Source: a bacterium
GTDB lineage: Bacteria > Zhuqueibacterota > Zhuqueibacteria > Oceanimicrobiales > Oceanimicrobiaceae
Assembly (NCBI GenBank): GCA_046757165.1
Contig: JBHHXT010000075.1
Span: 1 to 20,951 of the forward strand
Direction: 5' to 3'
Length of the DNA: 20,951 nt
Position 1 is the first letter of the stretch. Each line of letters begins with the position of its first letter. The translations under genes and the position numbers were made by a program. Positions 7,439 through 15,164 of this stretch are shown here, piece after piece. The notes under the pieces were generated by a model. The model worked only from the letters and a program-made list of their open reading frames with translations. It made no database searches and had not been told where the DNA came from.

Positions 7439-9465
7439 GATGCCGTGCTCTCCTCCTTTTTGCCGCCCAATCCGGTACCGAGCCAGAACACAAAACTGAT
7501 CATGCCCAGAAACAGAAAAGAAATAAGACCGACGATTTTACCCATGACCGCCATATCCGGCGTGAAGGCGCCAGGCGATGTATCCCTGAGCACGCCATAG
7601 ACATGCCAATCTTCGCGCAGCCCGGAGCGGATGAAACCCATCAGCGCAATCAACAACACCACGGACACACAGATCAGGATCAAGGTGTATTGCGACCCGG
7701 CAGTCATCCGTCCCCAGACGATACCGCCGATTTCTTTGGCTTTGCGAAAAAGGAAAATGTCCACAGCGCCCACAAATATCAAACAGGAAAGCAACATCAT
7801 GAACTGAGCCACGGCGATGTTGCGCAAAAAGGCGTTGGCCTGGGTCATGATGACATAGCCATAGACGCCGAGACAAAAGACGGCTGAAAAGACGGTGACC
7901 CCCATGCAGATGAATTGCGCCAGGACGCCTTTGTCCCGGTAAGTCAGGAACACCCCGGCCAGGATGACGGCCATTTGACCCGTGAGCAAGATCGCCGGTA
8001 GGAGAAAGTATTTTCTCTTTTCCGCGGTCAGGTCCAGCGACTCCGGGTCCAGGGTGAAAAGAAACTCGGCATACCAAAAAAGCATTGCCAGACAAACCAG
8101 CGCTACGGCGGCCAGAACAACCTTCGCCCGCCTTCCTTGCTCGGAAAACTGCCAGAGCGCACCTTTGTTTGCACGCCGGTAGAGCAGGAAACTGAAAAAG
8201 GTGGAAATGATAATGAAGTTGACCGCCGCGTTTTTGGCGGACATCAAGCCGAGGTATTTCAGGACGGGATGGTACTGGCCACCCATCACAATTTGCTCTT
8301 CGGCGCTCAGCGGCAGGTTGTGCGGCGTCAGCCAGATCGCGAAACAAATCAGCAACGTGACGTTGATGTATTTGACGTATCCCCGGTAACGCTCAGCCCC
8401 GGGAATACGCTGCATGCCGGACCAGAGGTAGAAATTGGCGCCGATAAAGAGCATGCCGATCAAAATGGCTTGCAGGATGAAGGTCCAGGAAAAGGCGCCC
8501 CCCATCATGTTATTGCCCATGACCGGGCTGAAGCTGTACACTTCGCGGCCGAGGTAGTAGCCCGCAAACGGCAAAAAAATCAGGGAAGCGATGCCGACAA
8601 AATTGCCGACGTACCCCATCCAGTCATAGTGTGCCCGCTCTGCCGTGTCCTCGGTCCCCAGGAACTTGACAGCAGCATATGCCGCCGCAACAAAGCCCCC
8701 GAAAGTGATGTTTGCCAAGAACCGGTGGATGTTCAAAGGATTCCACAACGGGTTGAAGAACGCTTCCCAACGATTCAAAACGTTGCCGGTCTGGAGGTCG
8801 ACGCCGGCAGGGCTCATCATAAAAGTCGCCCAGGAATTGGCGATGACCATGATCATGATGCCAAACAGGTTCATCAAAACGCCCAGCGAGACATGCCACC
8901 CCTTGTGGTTTTTCATGCGCTCCCACGAATAGTAGTAGAGATAAAGCATGAACGCCTCGCCAAAAAACATCAGCGCATAGACATAAAAAGAGTTATGAAA
9001 AACACCGCCCAGATAGGTCATGAACCTTGGATACAGCCCGATGAGAACAAACGCCTGCAGCCCACCCAGGGCCGCAGTGGTGGCAAATGCGGCAGAAAGC
9101 AGGGTGGTTAGTTCATGAGCAAGTTTATCATAGCGCAGGTCGCCACTCCTCATGCCGACGACCTCCAGGATCACGGCAAAGATCGGCACGCCCAGAACAA
9201 AAGCGCCAAACATCAAGTGCAATTCGGCGACGATCCAGACGATGAGCCGAGAATCCAGTCCCAGAAATGAACGGTACGCCTCTGACAGCGGATCGACGCC
9301 TGCGGCCGTGGAGTCCGCCGCGGTACCGCCATCATACGGCTCAACACCTGCCGGAGTGGCCAGCACTGGCTGTGAAAAGAGTGGCGAGAATACCAGCAAA
9401 AAGAGCGCGAACAGCAGGGCAACATGGATCCGTCTGACGCGCATAAGTTCAGGTGAACGATTCAT
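7435..9465 (-). CDS. Cytochrome bd ubiquinol oxidase subunit I (CydA)-like protein, Nitrospira/anammox bd-like type
   Basis: Highly polytopic. AELHLMFGAFVLG (helix-I His), FFGEAFMLYLYYYSW, IANSWATFMMSP, LNIHRFLANI (second His), and C-terminal GFIRSGLREDWHVYGVL in place of GRQPW. Start moved from 9561 to the ATG at 9465 (alternative 9444) because the longer N-terminus is translated repeat DNA. Confidence 0.88.
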   Translation of the reverse strand: MNRSPELMRVRRIHVALLFALFLLVFSPLFSQPVLATPAGVEPYDGGTAADSTAAGVDPLSEAYRSFLGLDSRLIVWIVAELHLMFGAFVLGVPIFAVILEVVGMRSGDLRYDKLAHELTTLLSAAFATTAALGGLQAFVLIGLYPRFMTYLGGVFHNSFYVYALMFFGEAFMLYLYYYSWERMKNHKGWHVSLGVLMNLFGIMIMVIANSWATFMMSPAGVDLQTGNVLNRWEAFFNPLWNPLNIHRFLANITFGGFVAAAYAAVKFLGTEDTAERAHYDWMGYVGNFVGIASLIFLPFAGYYLGREVYSFSPVMGNNMMGGAFSWTFILQAILIGMLFIGANFYLWSGMQRIPGAERYRGYVKYINVTLLICFAIWLTPHNLPLSAEEQIVMGGQYHPVLKYLGLMSAKNAAVNFIIISTFFSFLLYRRANKGALWQFSEQGRRAKVVLAAVALVCLAMLFWYAEFLFTLDPESLDLTAEKRKYFLLPAILLTGQMAVILAGVFLTYRDKGVLAQFICMGVTVFSAVFCLGVYGYVIMTQANAFLRNIAVAQFMMLLSCLIFVGAVDIFLFRKAKEIGGIVWGRMTAGSQYTLILICVSVVLLIALMGFIRSGLREDWHVYGVLRDTSPGAFTPDMAVMGKIVGLISFLFLGMISFVFWLGTGLGGKKEESTAS

Positions 9466-9485
9466 ATCAATCCGGGGTCGATGTA

Positions 9486-9566
9486 TTTCGGTGACTTCGG
9501 TGCCCTTCGGTCGGGAAAATTTTTGAGACCACCGAAAATCACCGAAGTCGCCGAAGGTCACCGAAA
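9486..9566. repeat. Inverted arrays of 9-10 bp periodic TTCGGT/ACCGAA units
   Basis: TTCGGT at 9487, 9496 and 9506; (A)CCGAA at 9531, 9541, 9551 and 9560. Can fold as a long imperfect hairpin. Confidence 0.8.
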
Positions 9567-9689
9567 AACTGTGCTAAAAAAACACAATGTTGTCGGCTTG
9601 TCGTACGGAAAGCTTTTTGATCACAAATCCGTTTGGTTCTTTGATCCGAGCGGAATAGATTGCCTTTTTCGGCCCGCTGTGCCGTCCCT

Positions 9690-10442
9690 CTACCTGGATG
9701 AAAACTCGAAATTCAGCGTCATCTGCTGACCAGCCGCCAACGTCACTTCGGACTCTTTCACACCTAGCGTGGGATGCCATGCCTTGACGGTGTAGGTGCC
9801 AGCCGGGATGTCCCCAATCCTGTACTCGCCCTTCTTGTCAACCAGAGCATAGTACGGGTTCTGGGGCACAAAAATCCACGCGTGCATGAAATTATGCGCA
9901 TCGCACTCGACCTTGACCGTATTCCCGCGGCGAGTCCGTATGGGCTTGGTAAACTCGAACCCCTTTTCGGGCTGGCCGACATTGAACATTGTCCGCCGGG
10001 CGCGGCCGATCATTTCGTAGGTGTGAATATTGTGGAGCGTCGGGTCGCTGTTCACGATTCTGAGGGATTCGCCGTTGGGAACGGCAAAGAATTCGGGAAT
10101 GAACCGGCACCCTTCCTGATTCAACAGATAGCCATCCTTCGGCTTTTGCCACTCTTTTCCCTTGTCAATTTTCTCGAGATAGACTGCCACATTCATCAAC
10201 CCCTTGCCCCCCTCGGCATTCAGGACCCATTGAATCTCGCGGCTGCCGCTACCGCAAATGTCGTTGTCCTTGGCGATCAGAATCTTTCTCGGTGATGGCA
10301 GGTCTCCCTTGAAGTTCACTGCGCCCAGAATCGATGCGCCGTTGACCACCGGCGCCACCTTATAGACGGCCGGTCGTGAAAAGCCAAAAACGAGAACAGC
10401 TAAAGCGATGAGCATGCTCGAGCTTACATAACGTTTCGACAT
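9690..10442 (-). CDS. Exported cupredoxin-like (type-1 copper) protein with carboxypeptidase-regulatory-like beta domain
   Basis: Signal peptide. NSDPTLHNIH and CDAHNFM (His...Cys-x2-His-x2-Met blue copper pattern). C-terminal GEYRIGDIPAGTYTVKAWH. GGAGG RBS at 10450-10454. Confidence 0.85.
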   Translation of the reverse strand: MSKRYVSSSMLIALAVLVFGFSRPAVYKVAPVVNGASILGAVNFKGDLPSPRKILIAKDNDICGSGSREIQWVLNAEGGKGLMNVAVYLEKIDKGKEWQKPKDGYLLNQEGCRFIPEFFAVPNGESLRIVNSDPTLHNIHTYEMIGRARRTMFNVGQPEKGFEFTKPIRTRRGNTVKVECDAHNFMHAWIFVPQNPYYALVDKKGEYRIGDIPAGTYTVKAWHPTLGVKESEVTLAAGQQMTLNFEFSSR

Positions 10443-10538
10443 GTCCTTACCTCCATTTTCTAATATGGTCTACATCACGGAATGGTTTAGTGGCGTGGTT
10501 TGCCGAGCCTGTCGGTTGAATGGATCGAACAACCAGTG

Positions 10539-10555
10539 AGCAAACCTGGTACCAG
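10539..10555 (-). promoter_or_regulatory. Sigma54 (-24/-12) promoter for the cupredoxin/bd-like operon
   Basis: Minus strand CTGGTACCAGGTTTGCT: GG-N10-GC with TGG and TTGC context, about 100 bp upstream of the 10442 ATG. A GAFTGA activator gene is adjacent. Confidence 0.8.
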
Positions 10556-10589
10556 ACAGAAAAGACGGTGAGGGAGAGAGGCGTTAAGA

Positions 10590-10614
10590 TATGATTAATA
10601 AGAGATTAATCATA
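10590..10614. promoter_or_regulatory. AT-rich perfect inverted repeat between enhancer and promoter (putative IHF or other factor site)
   Basis: TATGATTAAT-AAGAG-ATTAATCATA: 10-bp perfect arms with a 5-nt spacer. Confidence 0.5.
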
Positions 10615-10656
10615 CAGACGCGCGAGGCTGTGCGGCGGGATTGCGTGGGTTGATTC

Positions 10657-10692
10657 TACCGGAATTCGGCAAACGATTGCCGATTTCCGGTA
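10657..10692. promoter_or_regulatory. Twin upstream activator sequences (putative enhancer-binding protein sites)
   Basis: TACCGGAATTCGGCA (10657-10671) and TGCCGATTTCCGGTA (10678-10692). Each is near-palindromic, they are mutually inverted (14/15) and 21 bp apart centre to centre, about 100-140 bp upstream of the sigma54 site. Confidence 0.7.
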
Positions 10693-10720
10693 AATACCTG
10701 ACGCAGCAAAAAACGAATGG

Positions 10721-10758
10721 AACGCGGATTTAACGGATCAAACGGATTTACACGGATC
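10721..10758. repeat. Short tandem array of 9-10 bp CGGAT units
   Basis: CGGAT at 10725, 10734, 10743 and 10753. Confidence 0.75.
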
Positions 10759-10814
10759 TGATATTGGGCGAAAACCAAGAAATTCATGAACCACACGATC
10801 CCCATTCCACTGAC

Positions 10815-10946
10815 TTCAATCCGATTTTCGATATAAATTATTTTGCAAACCAGTTTGTATAATTCGATGCTCTTGTGCCATACATCCAGCTTCATGTACC
10901 CACGATTTTTGTTGCGTCGTTTTGTATATTCAACCTTTTTCGCCGT
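10815..10946 (-). pseudogene. Truncated four-helix-bundle (23S rRNA IVP-like) protein remnant
   Basis: Frame reads (ACG)AKKVEYTKRRNKNRGYMKLDVWHKSIELYKLVCKIIYIENRIE, matching the family N-terminus (L.VWqks.el). Similarity stops before the SxxxNIAEG motif. The likely start is ACG rather than ATG. Confidence 0.7.
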
Positions 10947-10968
10947 CCCCTAAGTTTTGTCGATAATT

Positions 10969-11027
10969 TGGAGTGATGGAGCATTGGCTGGCCGACAATC
11001 CATCACTCCACTACTCCATTACTCCAT
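10969..11027. repeat. TGGAGT(A/G)(A/G) octamer repeats in inverted arrangement upstream of the four-helix-bundle remnant
   Basis: TGGAGTGATGGAGCATTGG ... TCCATCACTCCACTACTCCATTACTCCA. Confidence 0.75.
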
Positions 11028-11055
11028 TTCTTGCAAGCGCAGTCTTGCAGGAAAA

Positions 11056-11228
11056 CTAGCCTGGATTATTCACAAGAGATTGGCAAATATTGCTTAATCG
11101 CTTGATTATGCAATAACTTAACGGGATAAAGAGGAGTGCAACGCTTTAGCGTTGCATGAAATGCTAAAGCATTTCACTCCTTACGTGTTGGCCCTTGCTG
11201 TGAGAAATTCATGAATTATCCAGGCTAG
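11056..11228. mobile_element. 173-bp MITE-like element with 17-bp terminal inverted repeats and an internal double hairpin
   Basis: CTAGCCTGGATTATTCA (11056-11072) and TGAATTATCCAGGCTAG (11212-11228), 16/17 match. Internal hairpins TGCAACGC-TTTA-GCGTTGCA and TGAAATGC-TAAA-GCATTTCA are enclosed by AGGAG/CTCCT. Confidence 0.78.
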
Positions 11229-12592
11229 GTGTTTACGTCTGAAACCTGCCTGTATTTCTTCAACTTCTCATCAAAAGTGGAGCGGGCGATTCCGAGTCGC
11301 CTGACGGCCTCGGCTTTGTTGCCGGCAACTTGCTCGAGCACCCAGAGAATGTGGCGTCGTTCCAGCTCAGCTAAACTCCAATCTGCACCCGGGAGGGTCG
11401 CTGCGATGGGTTGCGCGGCGTCTGGCAAGAGCTGCCCCGGGAGATGCTCCGAAGTGATCCAGGGTTCATCACAAAGGATGACGGCCCGTTCGACAATATT
11501 GCGCAGCTCGCGCACGTTTCCGGGCCAGTGGTAGTGCTTCAGAAGCTTCCTGGCCTCCTCTGAAAAGCCCTCTATTTTTTTTCTCAAATCAGCGGCAGAC
11601 CTGGTGAGGAAATGATGGGCAAACAGCAGGATGTCATCGCGACGCTCTTGCAGCGTGGGCAGCTCGATGATGAACGCGCTCAAACGATAGTACAGGTCTT
11701 CACGAAACGCGCCCGCCTTCACCAGGGTTTCCAGCTTCTTGTTAGAGGCTGCGATGATCCGCACATCGACATGAATATCCTTGGTGCCGCCGAGACGTTT
11801 GAACGGGTGACCCTCCAGAATGCGCAAGAGCTTTGGCTGCATGTTCAGTTGCATTTCAGAAATCTCATCGAGAAAGAGGGTGCCTTCGTTGGCGAGCTCG
11901 AACAAGCCGGGCTTTCGCTGCGTTGCGCCCGTAAACGCGCCTTTTTCATATCCAAAAAGCTCACTTTCCAGCAAGTGGTCCGGCAGCGCGCTGCAATTGA
12001 TTTTGACCAGCGGGTGGGCCCGGCGCGCGCTCGTGGCGTGAACCGCGTTGGCCGTCAATTCCTTGCCTGTGCCGCTCTCACCGGTGACCAGGACCGGGAT
12101 AGCGCTCGCCGGTCCAACCTTCGCAATCATCGTTTTGACTTTCTGAATTGCCGGACTTGTGCCCAGCATCTCAGGAAAGCCATCATCCGGCATTTTGCGT
12201 TGCAAGCGCAGCACCTCACTCTTCAGCGCCCGGATTTGCAGCGCTTTGTTGATCGTTTGCCGCAGCTCGGCGACTTCGAAAGGCTTGGTGACGTAATCGA
12301 AAGCGCCATTCTTGATCGTCTCCACAGCGGACTTGAGATCGGGGAAGGCCGTCATCATGATGACAGCGACTTCGTCATCCAATTGATGGATCTGTGCCAT
12401 GATTTCTGTGCCCGTCGCGTCCGGCAACCGCATATCGAGCAGGACCACGTCGACGCGATGGCTCCGAAACAGGGCCAGTCCCTCTCCCCCGTCTTCCGCC
12501 AGGAGCGGCGTGTGCCCGCTTTGCTTGCAAAAATTTGCCAGCGACTTGCGCATGAGGGCGTCATCTTCAATGATTAAAACAGAAGGGTTCAT
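11225..12592 (-). CDS. Sigma54-dependent response regulator, NtrC/AtoC family (REC-AAA+-Fis HTH)
   Basis: VLIIEDD, VLLDMRLPD, GAFDYVTKPF; Walker A GESGTGKE; ELFGYEKGAFTGA; LFLDEI; WPGNVRELRN; GNKAEAVRRLGIARSTF. Confidence 0.96.
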   Translation of the reverse strand: MNPSVLIIEDDALMRKSLANFCKQSGHTPLLAEDGGEGLALFRSHRVDVVLLDMRLPDATGTEIMAQIHQLDDEVAVIMMTAFPDLKSAVETIKNGAFDYVTKPFEVAELRQTINKALQIRALKSEVLRLQRKMPDDGFPEMLGTSPAIQKVKTMIAKVGPASAIPVLVTGESGTGKELTANAVHATSARRAHPLVKINCSALPDHLLESELFGYEKGAFTGATQRKPGLFELANEGTLFLDEISEMQLNMQPKLLRILEGHPFKRLGGTKDIHVDVRIIAASNKKLETLVKAGAFREDLYYRLSAFIIELPTLQERRDDILLFAHHFLTRSAADLRKKIEGFSEEARKLLKHYHWPGNVRELRNIVERAVILCDEPWITSEHLPGQLLPDAAQPIAATLPGADWSLAELERRHILWVLEQVAGNKAEAVRRLGIARSTFDEKLKKYRQVSDVNT

Positions 12593-14943
12593 GAGCTCAC
12601 CGTTTCGATTCCCAGGGGCAGTGTCATGATGAATTTCGTTCCCCGGCCTTTTTTGCTTTCCAGGTAAATCTGGCCGCCGTGCTCGGTGACGATTTGTTTC
12701 ACGATCGCGAGGCCTAAGCCGGTACCATCCGGTTTGTCTGAAAAGAAGGGGTCGAAAATCCGGGCTGCTTTATCTGCCTCGATGCCCATGCCTGTGTCCG
12801 AAATGGAGAGTTGCAACACCCGCTCGGGGGGTTGCACCGTCGTGCCAGCGATGGTGAGTGTGCCTCCGCCCGGCATGGCCTCGAACGCGTTGACGCAAAT
12901 ATTGAGCAGCGCTTGCTGAAGCTGGATGGAATCTAGCTGGATTTCAGGGAGCTCATCCAGACCCTTGACGCAAATATCGACCTTGCGGCGCTGTGCGTCT
13001 TTCTCAATCAGCAGGCGAACCTGTCGCACGACGTCGGAGATCTTGCCGGGCTGGCGCGTCAAGGGGCGGGGCCGCGCGTATTTTGAAAACGTCTGCAAGA
13101 ATTCGCTCAGCTGGTCGATTTCGCTTTCGATCCCTTGCAAGTAAACCCGCTGTTCACCATTGGGGAGCTCGCTCTCCAGCACCTGAACGGTGGTTTTCAT
13201 GGCGGCCAGAGGCTTGGCAACCTCGTGAATCACGCCGGCGGACAGCCGCACCTGGGAGGCGAGACGCTTTTTCTCTGCGCTCTGCTTTTCGAGGGCGCGC
13301 TCCCGCAAAACAGACTCGGTGATATCCATGTGCATTTCCAGCAGGTGGCTCACCTCTCCGTTGAGGTCGATCACCGGCGTGGAGACGATCTGGTAGATGC
13401 GCTCGCTGCCGCGCTTATCCGGACGGCTGACAACCACGTTGCTGCCGATCCGGTGGGTGAAATTGTGTTCACAATGACAGTTCGGGCAGGCGCCTTCCCC
13501 CTGATAGAACAGCTCGTAGCACGAGCGGCCGATGGCGCTGTCTTCACCGTTGCACCGTTGTGCCAGCGTCTTGTTGACCCAGACAATCTTGCGGTCACGG
13601 TCGATGAGGCAGAGCTCCGCCCCGATGCTGCTGATGATGTCGTCCAGCTTTTGTTTTTCGATGCGGAGCTGGGCTTCAGAGATCATCAGCTCCTTTGTTT
13701 GGCGCGCCACCTCAGTTTGCAGCTCCTCATTCCAGCGCTGCAATTTCGCCTGGGATTTGCCCAGATGTCTGGCCATGGTGTTGAAATGGCCGCCAAGGTC
13801 CTCGAGTTCATCATTGGTCTCCACCTGGATGCGGCGGTCGAAGTTGCCTTTCGCAATCAAGTCGGCGCCGCGAGCCAGTTGCAGAACAGGCCGCACAAAC
13901 TGGCGCGCCGCGGCCATGGCCAGGAAGCAAACCAACCCAACGATCAACAAAAGCAGGCCAAGAAAGACGCTCTCGAGCCGGTAAACGGAGGCCAACACCA
14001 CCTGCCGGGGAACTGCAATGATAAGCACCCATTGATCATCTGATTGTGTCGACAGCTCGATATGAGAATGTGACAAAATGAATTCAGGCGTATCGGTCAA
14101 TCCGCTTCTTTCCTGCAAAACCGCACGCACGACCTCTGGGGGGTAATCATCCTGCAGGCTGCGATTCCTGAAATAGTTCAACGCGCCTGTGTGGGCGGAT
14201 TGGTACAGATAGAGCCCGTCGTTGTCAGTCAAGTAGGACCCTGCCTCATCGGGCACGCCACCGATGATCTCGAAAATCGCCTCAGCGAAAATGTTGATGA
14301 TAAGCAGCCCCTGCTTGTTTCCATGCTCATCGACGACCGGCGTCGCATACCGGACGACCGGCCTCAGGGGCACCTCTACTATCCCGCGCTCGATATTCAG
14401 ATCCATATCCGAAACATAAATGCCGTTCGGTTCGCATTGTAGGCCTTCCTGGAAATAATAACGGCTTGCTTTGTTCTGCAAGTCATCCTTGGGAACAATG
14501 GTCAGCTCATGATTGCGGCGGTTCATGCGCACGAGCTCCCAGCCGTGAGAGTTGAGATAGCGCAGCTGGTAGTAGGCCCGTTTGCCCTGCGAGAAGCGCA
14601 GGAAGTCCTGCTCAACCCGGCTGCGCGCTCTGTCGAGCCGCACGCTGTCGTCAAGCTTATCGCCGGGGCCTTGCAGCGCGGCCAATTCTTTGAGCGATCT
14701 CAGCGATTTCAGATAGTGCAAGTCATTCTGAACGCCGGCCAAAAACTGGCTGATATCCTGCCCGGTCTGATCGATTTGAAATTGCAGTTGTTTCAAGGCC
14801 TGCTCTTCCAATGACTGGCTCATCGACCACACGCTGTAGACGCCATAGACCAAAAGCGGCAGCACGCCAACGCCCAAAAAGGCGATGACAAGCTTCGTGC
14901 TGATGCTGAGTCGCGGGAACAGTTTGTTGATGTTTTTGCGCAT
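12589..14943 (-). CDS. Sensor histidine kinase (Cache-like periplasmic domain, HAMP, Cys-rich PAS, HisKA, HATPase)
   Basis: Two TM helices flanking YYQLRYLN..NKASRYYFQ..YVSDMDLNIERG..PVVRYATPV. HAMP DELEDLGGHFNTMA. H-box HEVAKPL; N-box QQALLNICVNAFEA; DTGMGI; IFDPFFSDK; GTGLGL. ATGA overlap with the regulator. Confidence 0.95.
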   Translation of the reverse strand: MRKNINKLFPRLSISTKLVIAFLGVGVLPLLVYGVYSVWSMSQSLEEQALKQLQFQIDQTGQDISQFLAGVQNDLHYLKSLRSLKELAALQGPGDKLDDSVRLDRARSRVEQDFLRFSQGKRAYYQLRYLNSHGWELVRMNRRNHELTIVPKDDLQNKASRYYFQEGLQCEPNGIYVSDMDLNIERGIVEVPLRPVVRYATPVVDEHGNKQGLLIINIFAEAIFEIIGGVPDEAGSYLTDNDGLYLYQSAHTGALNYFRNRSLQDDYPPEVVRAVLQERSGLTDTPEFILSHSHIELSTQSDDQWVLIIAVPRQVVLASVYRLESVFLGLLLLIVGLVCFLAMAAARQFVRPVLQLARGADLIAKGNFDRRIQVETNDELEDLGGHFNTMARHLGKSQAKLQRWNEELQTEVARQTKELMISEAQLRIEKQKLDDIISSIGAELCLIDRDRKIVWVNKTLAQRCNGEDSAIGRSCYELFYQGEGACPNCHCEHNFTHRIGSNVVVSRPDKRGSERIYQIVSTPVIDLNGEVSHLLEMHMDITESVLRERALEKQSAEKKRLASQVRLSAGVIHEVAKPLAAMKTTVQVLESELPNGEQRVYLQGIESEIDQLSEFLQTFSKYARPRPLTRQPGKISDVVRQVRLLIEKDAQRRKVDICVKGLDELPEIQLDSIQLQQALLNICVNAFEAMPGGGTLTIAGTTVQPPERVLQLSISDTGMGIEADKAARIFDPFFSDKPDGTGLGLAIVKQIVTEHGGQIYLESKKGRGTKFIMTLPLGIETVSS

Positions 14944-15113
14944 GTTGAGTTGGAAGTGTTAAAAACCCAAAAATATAGTGAAAAAAGCGGTTCCGTTCAA
15001 TCTAAATATTACTATCCGCCCTGCTCGGCAACAAATTCTCCGCTTCATAACAGATTCTTTTGTCGCCATTGATTGCTTTTGGCGCACGAATTTGCTACAT
15101 TGGCGAACTTTGC

Positions 15114-15134
15114 GATCAATGATAAGTATTGATC
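15114..15134. promoter_or_regulatory. 7-7-7 inverted repeat in the divergent promoter region (possible operator)
   Basis: GATCAAT-GATAAGT-ATTGATC, 30 bp upstream of the Rrf2 start. Confidence 0.35.
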
Positions 15135-15164
15135 CTGCAGTGAACGAAAATGGAATAGGAGAAG

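Noticed and set aside
9466..9561. Long N-terminal extension of the bd-like ORF (MTFGDFGDFRW...)
   Set aside because: It is the translation of the ACCGAA/TTCGGT repeat array; the start is more plausibly 9465 or 9444.
10656..10895. 79-aa ORF treated as an intact gene
   Set aside because: Only the first 27 or so residues resemble a four-helix-bundle protein; the rest runs through CGGAT repeats and the putative enhancer.
13471..13488. CPNCH as a c-type haem attachment site in the kinase
   Set aside because: It lies in the predicted cytoplasmic PAS region after TM2 and HAMP, out of reach of periplasmic cytochrome c maturation.
4371..14043. Long plus-strand ORFs (e.g. 4371-5360, 8137-9111, 11612-12577, 13135-14043)
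   Set aside because: They are antisense shadows of well-supported minus-strand genes in GC-rich DNA and have no motifs.
15079..15113. Possible sigma54 promoters upstream of the Rrf2 gene (TGGCGCACGAATTTGC; TGGCGAACTTTGC)
   Set aside because: GG-GC spacing is 11 and 8 nt, not the required 10.
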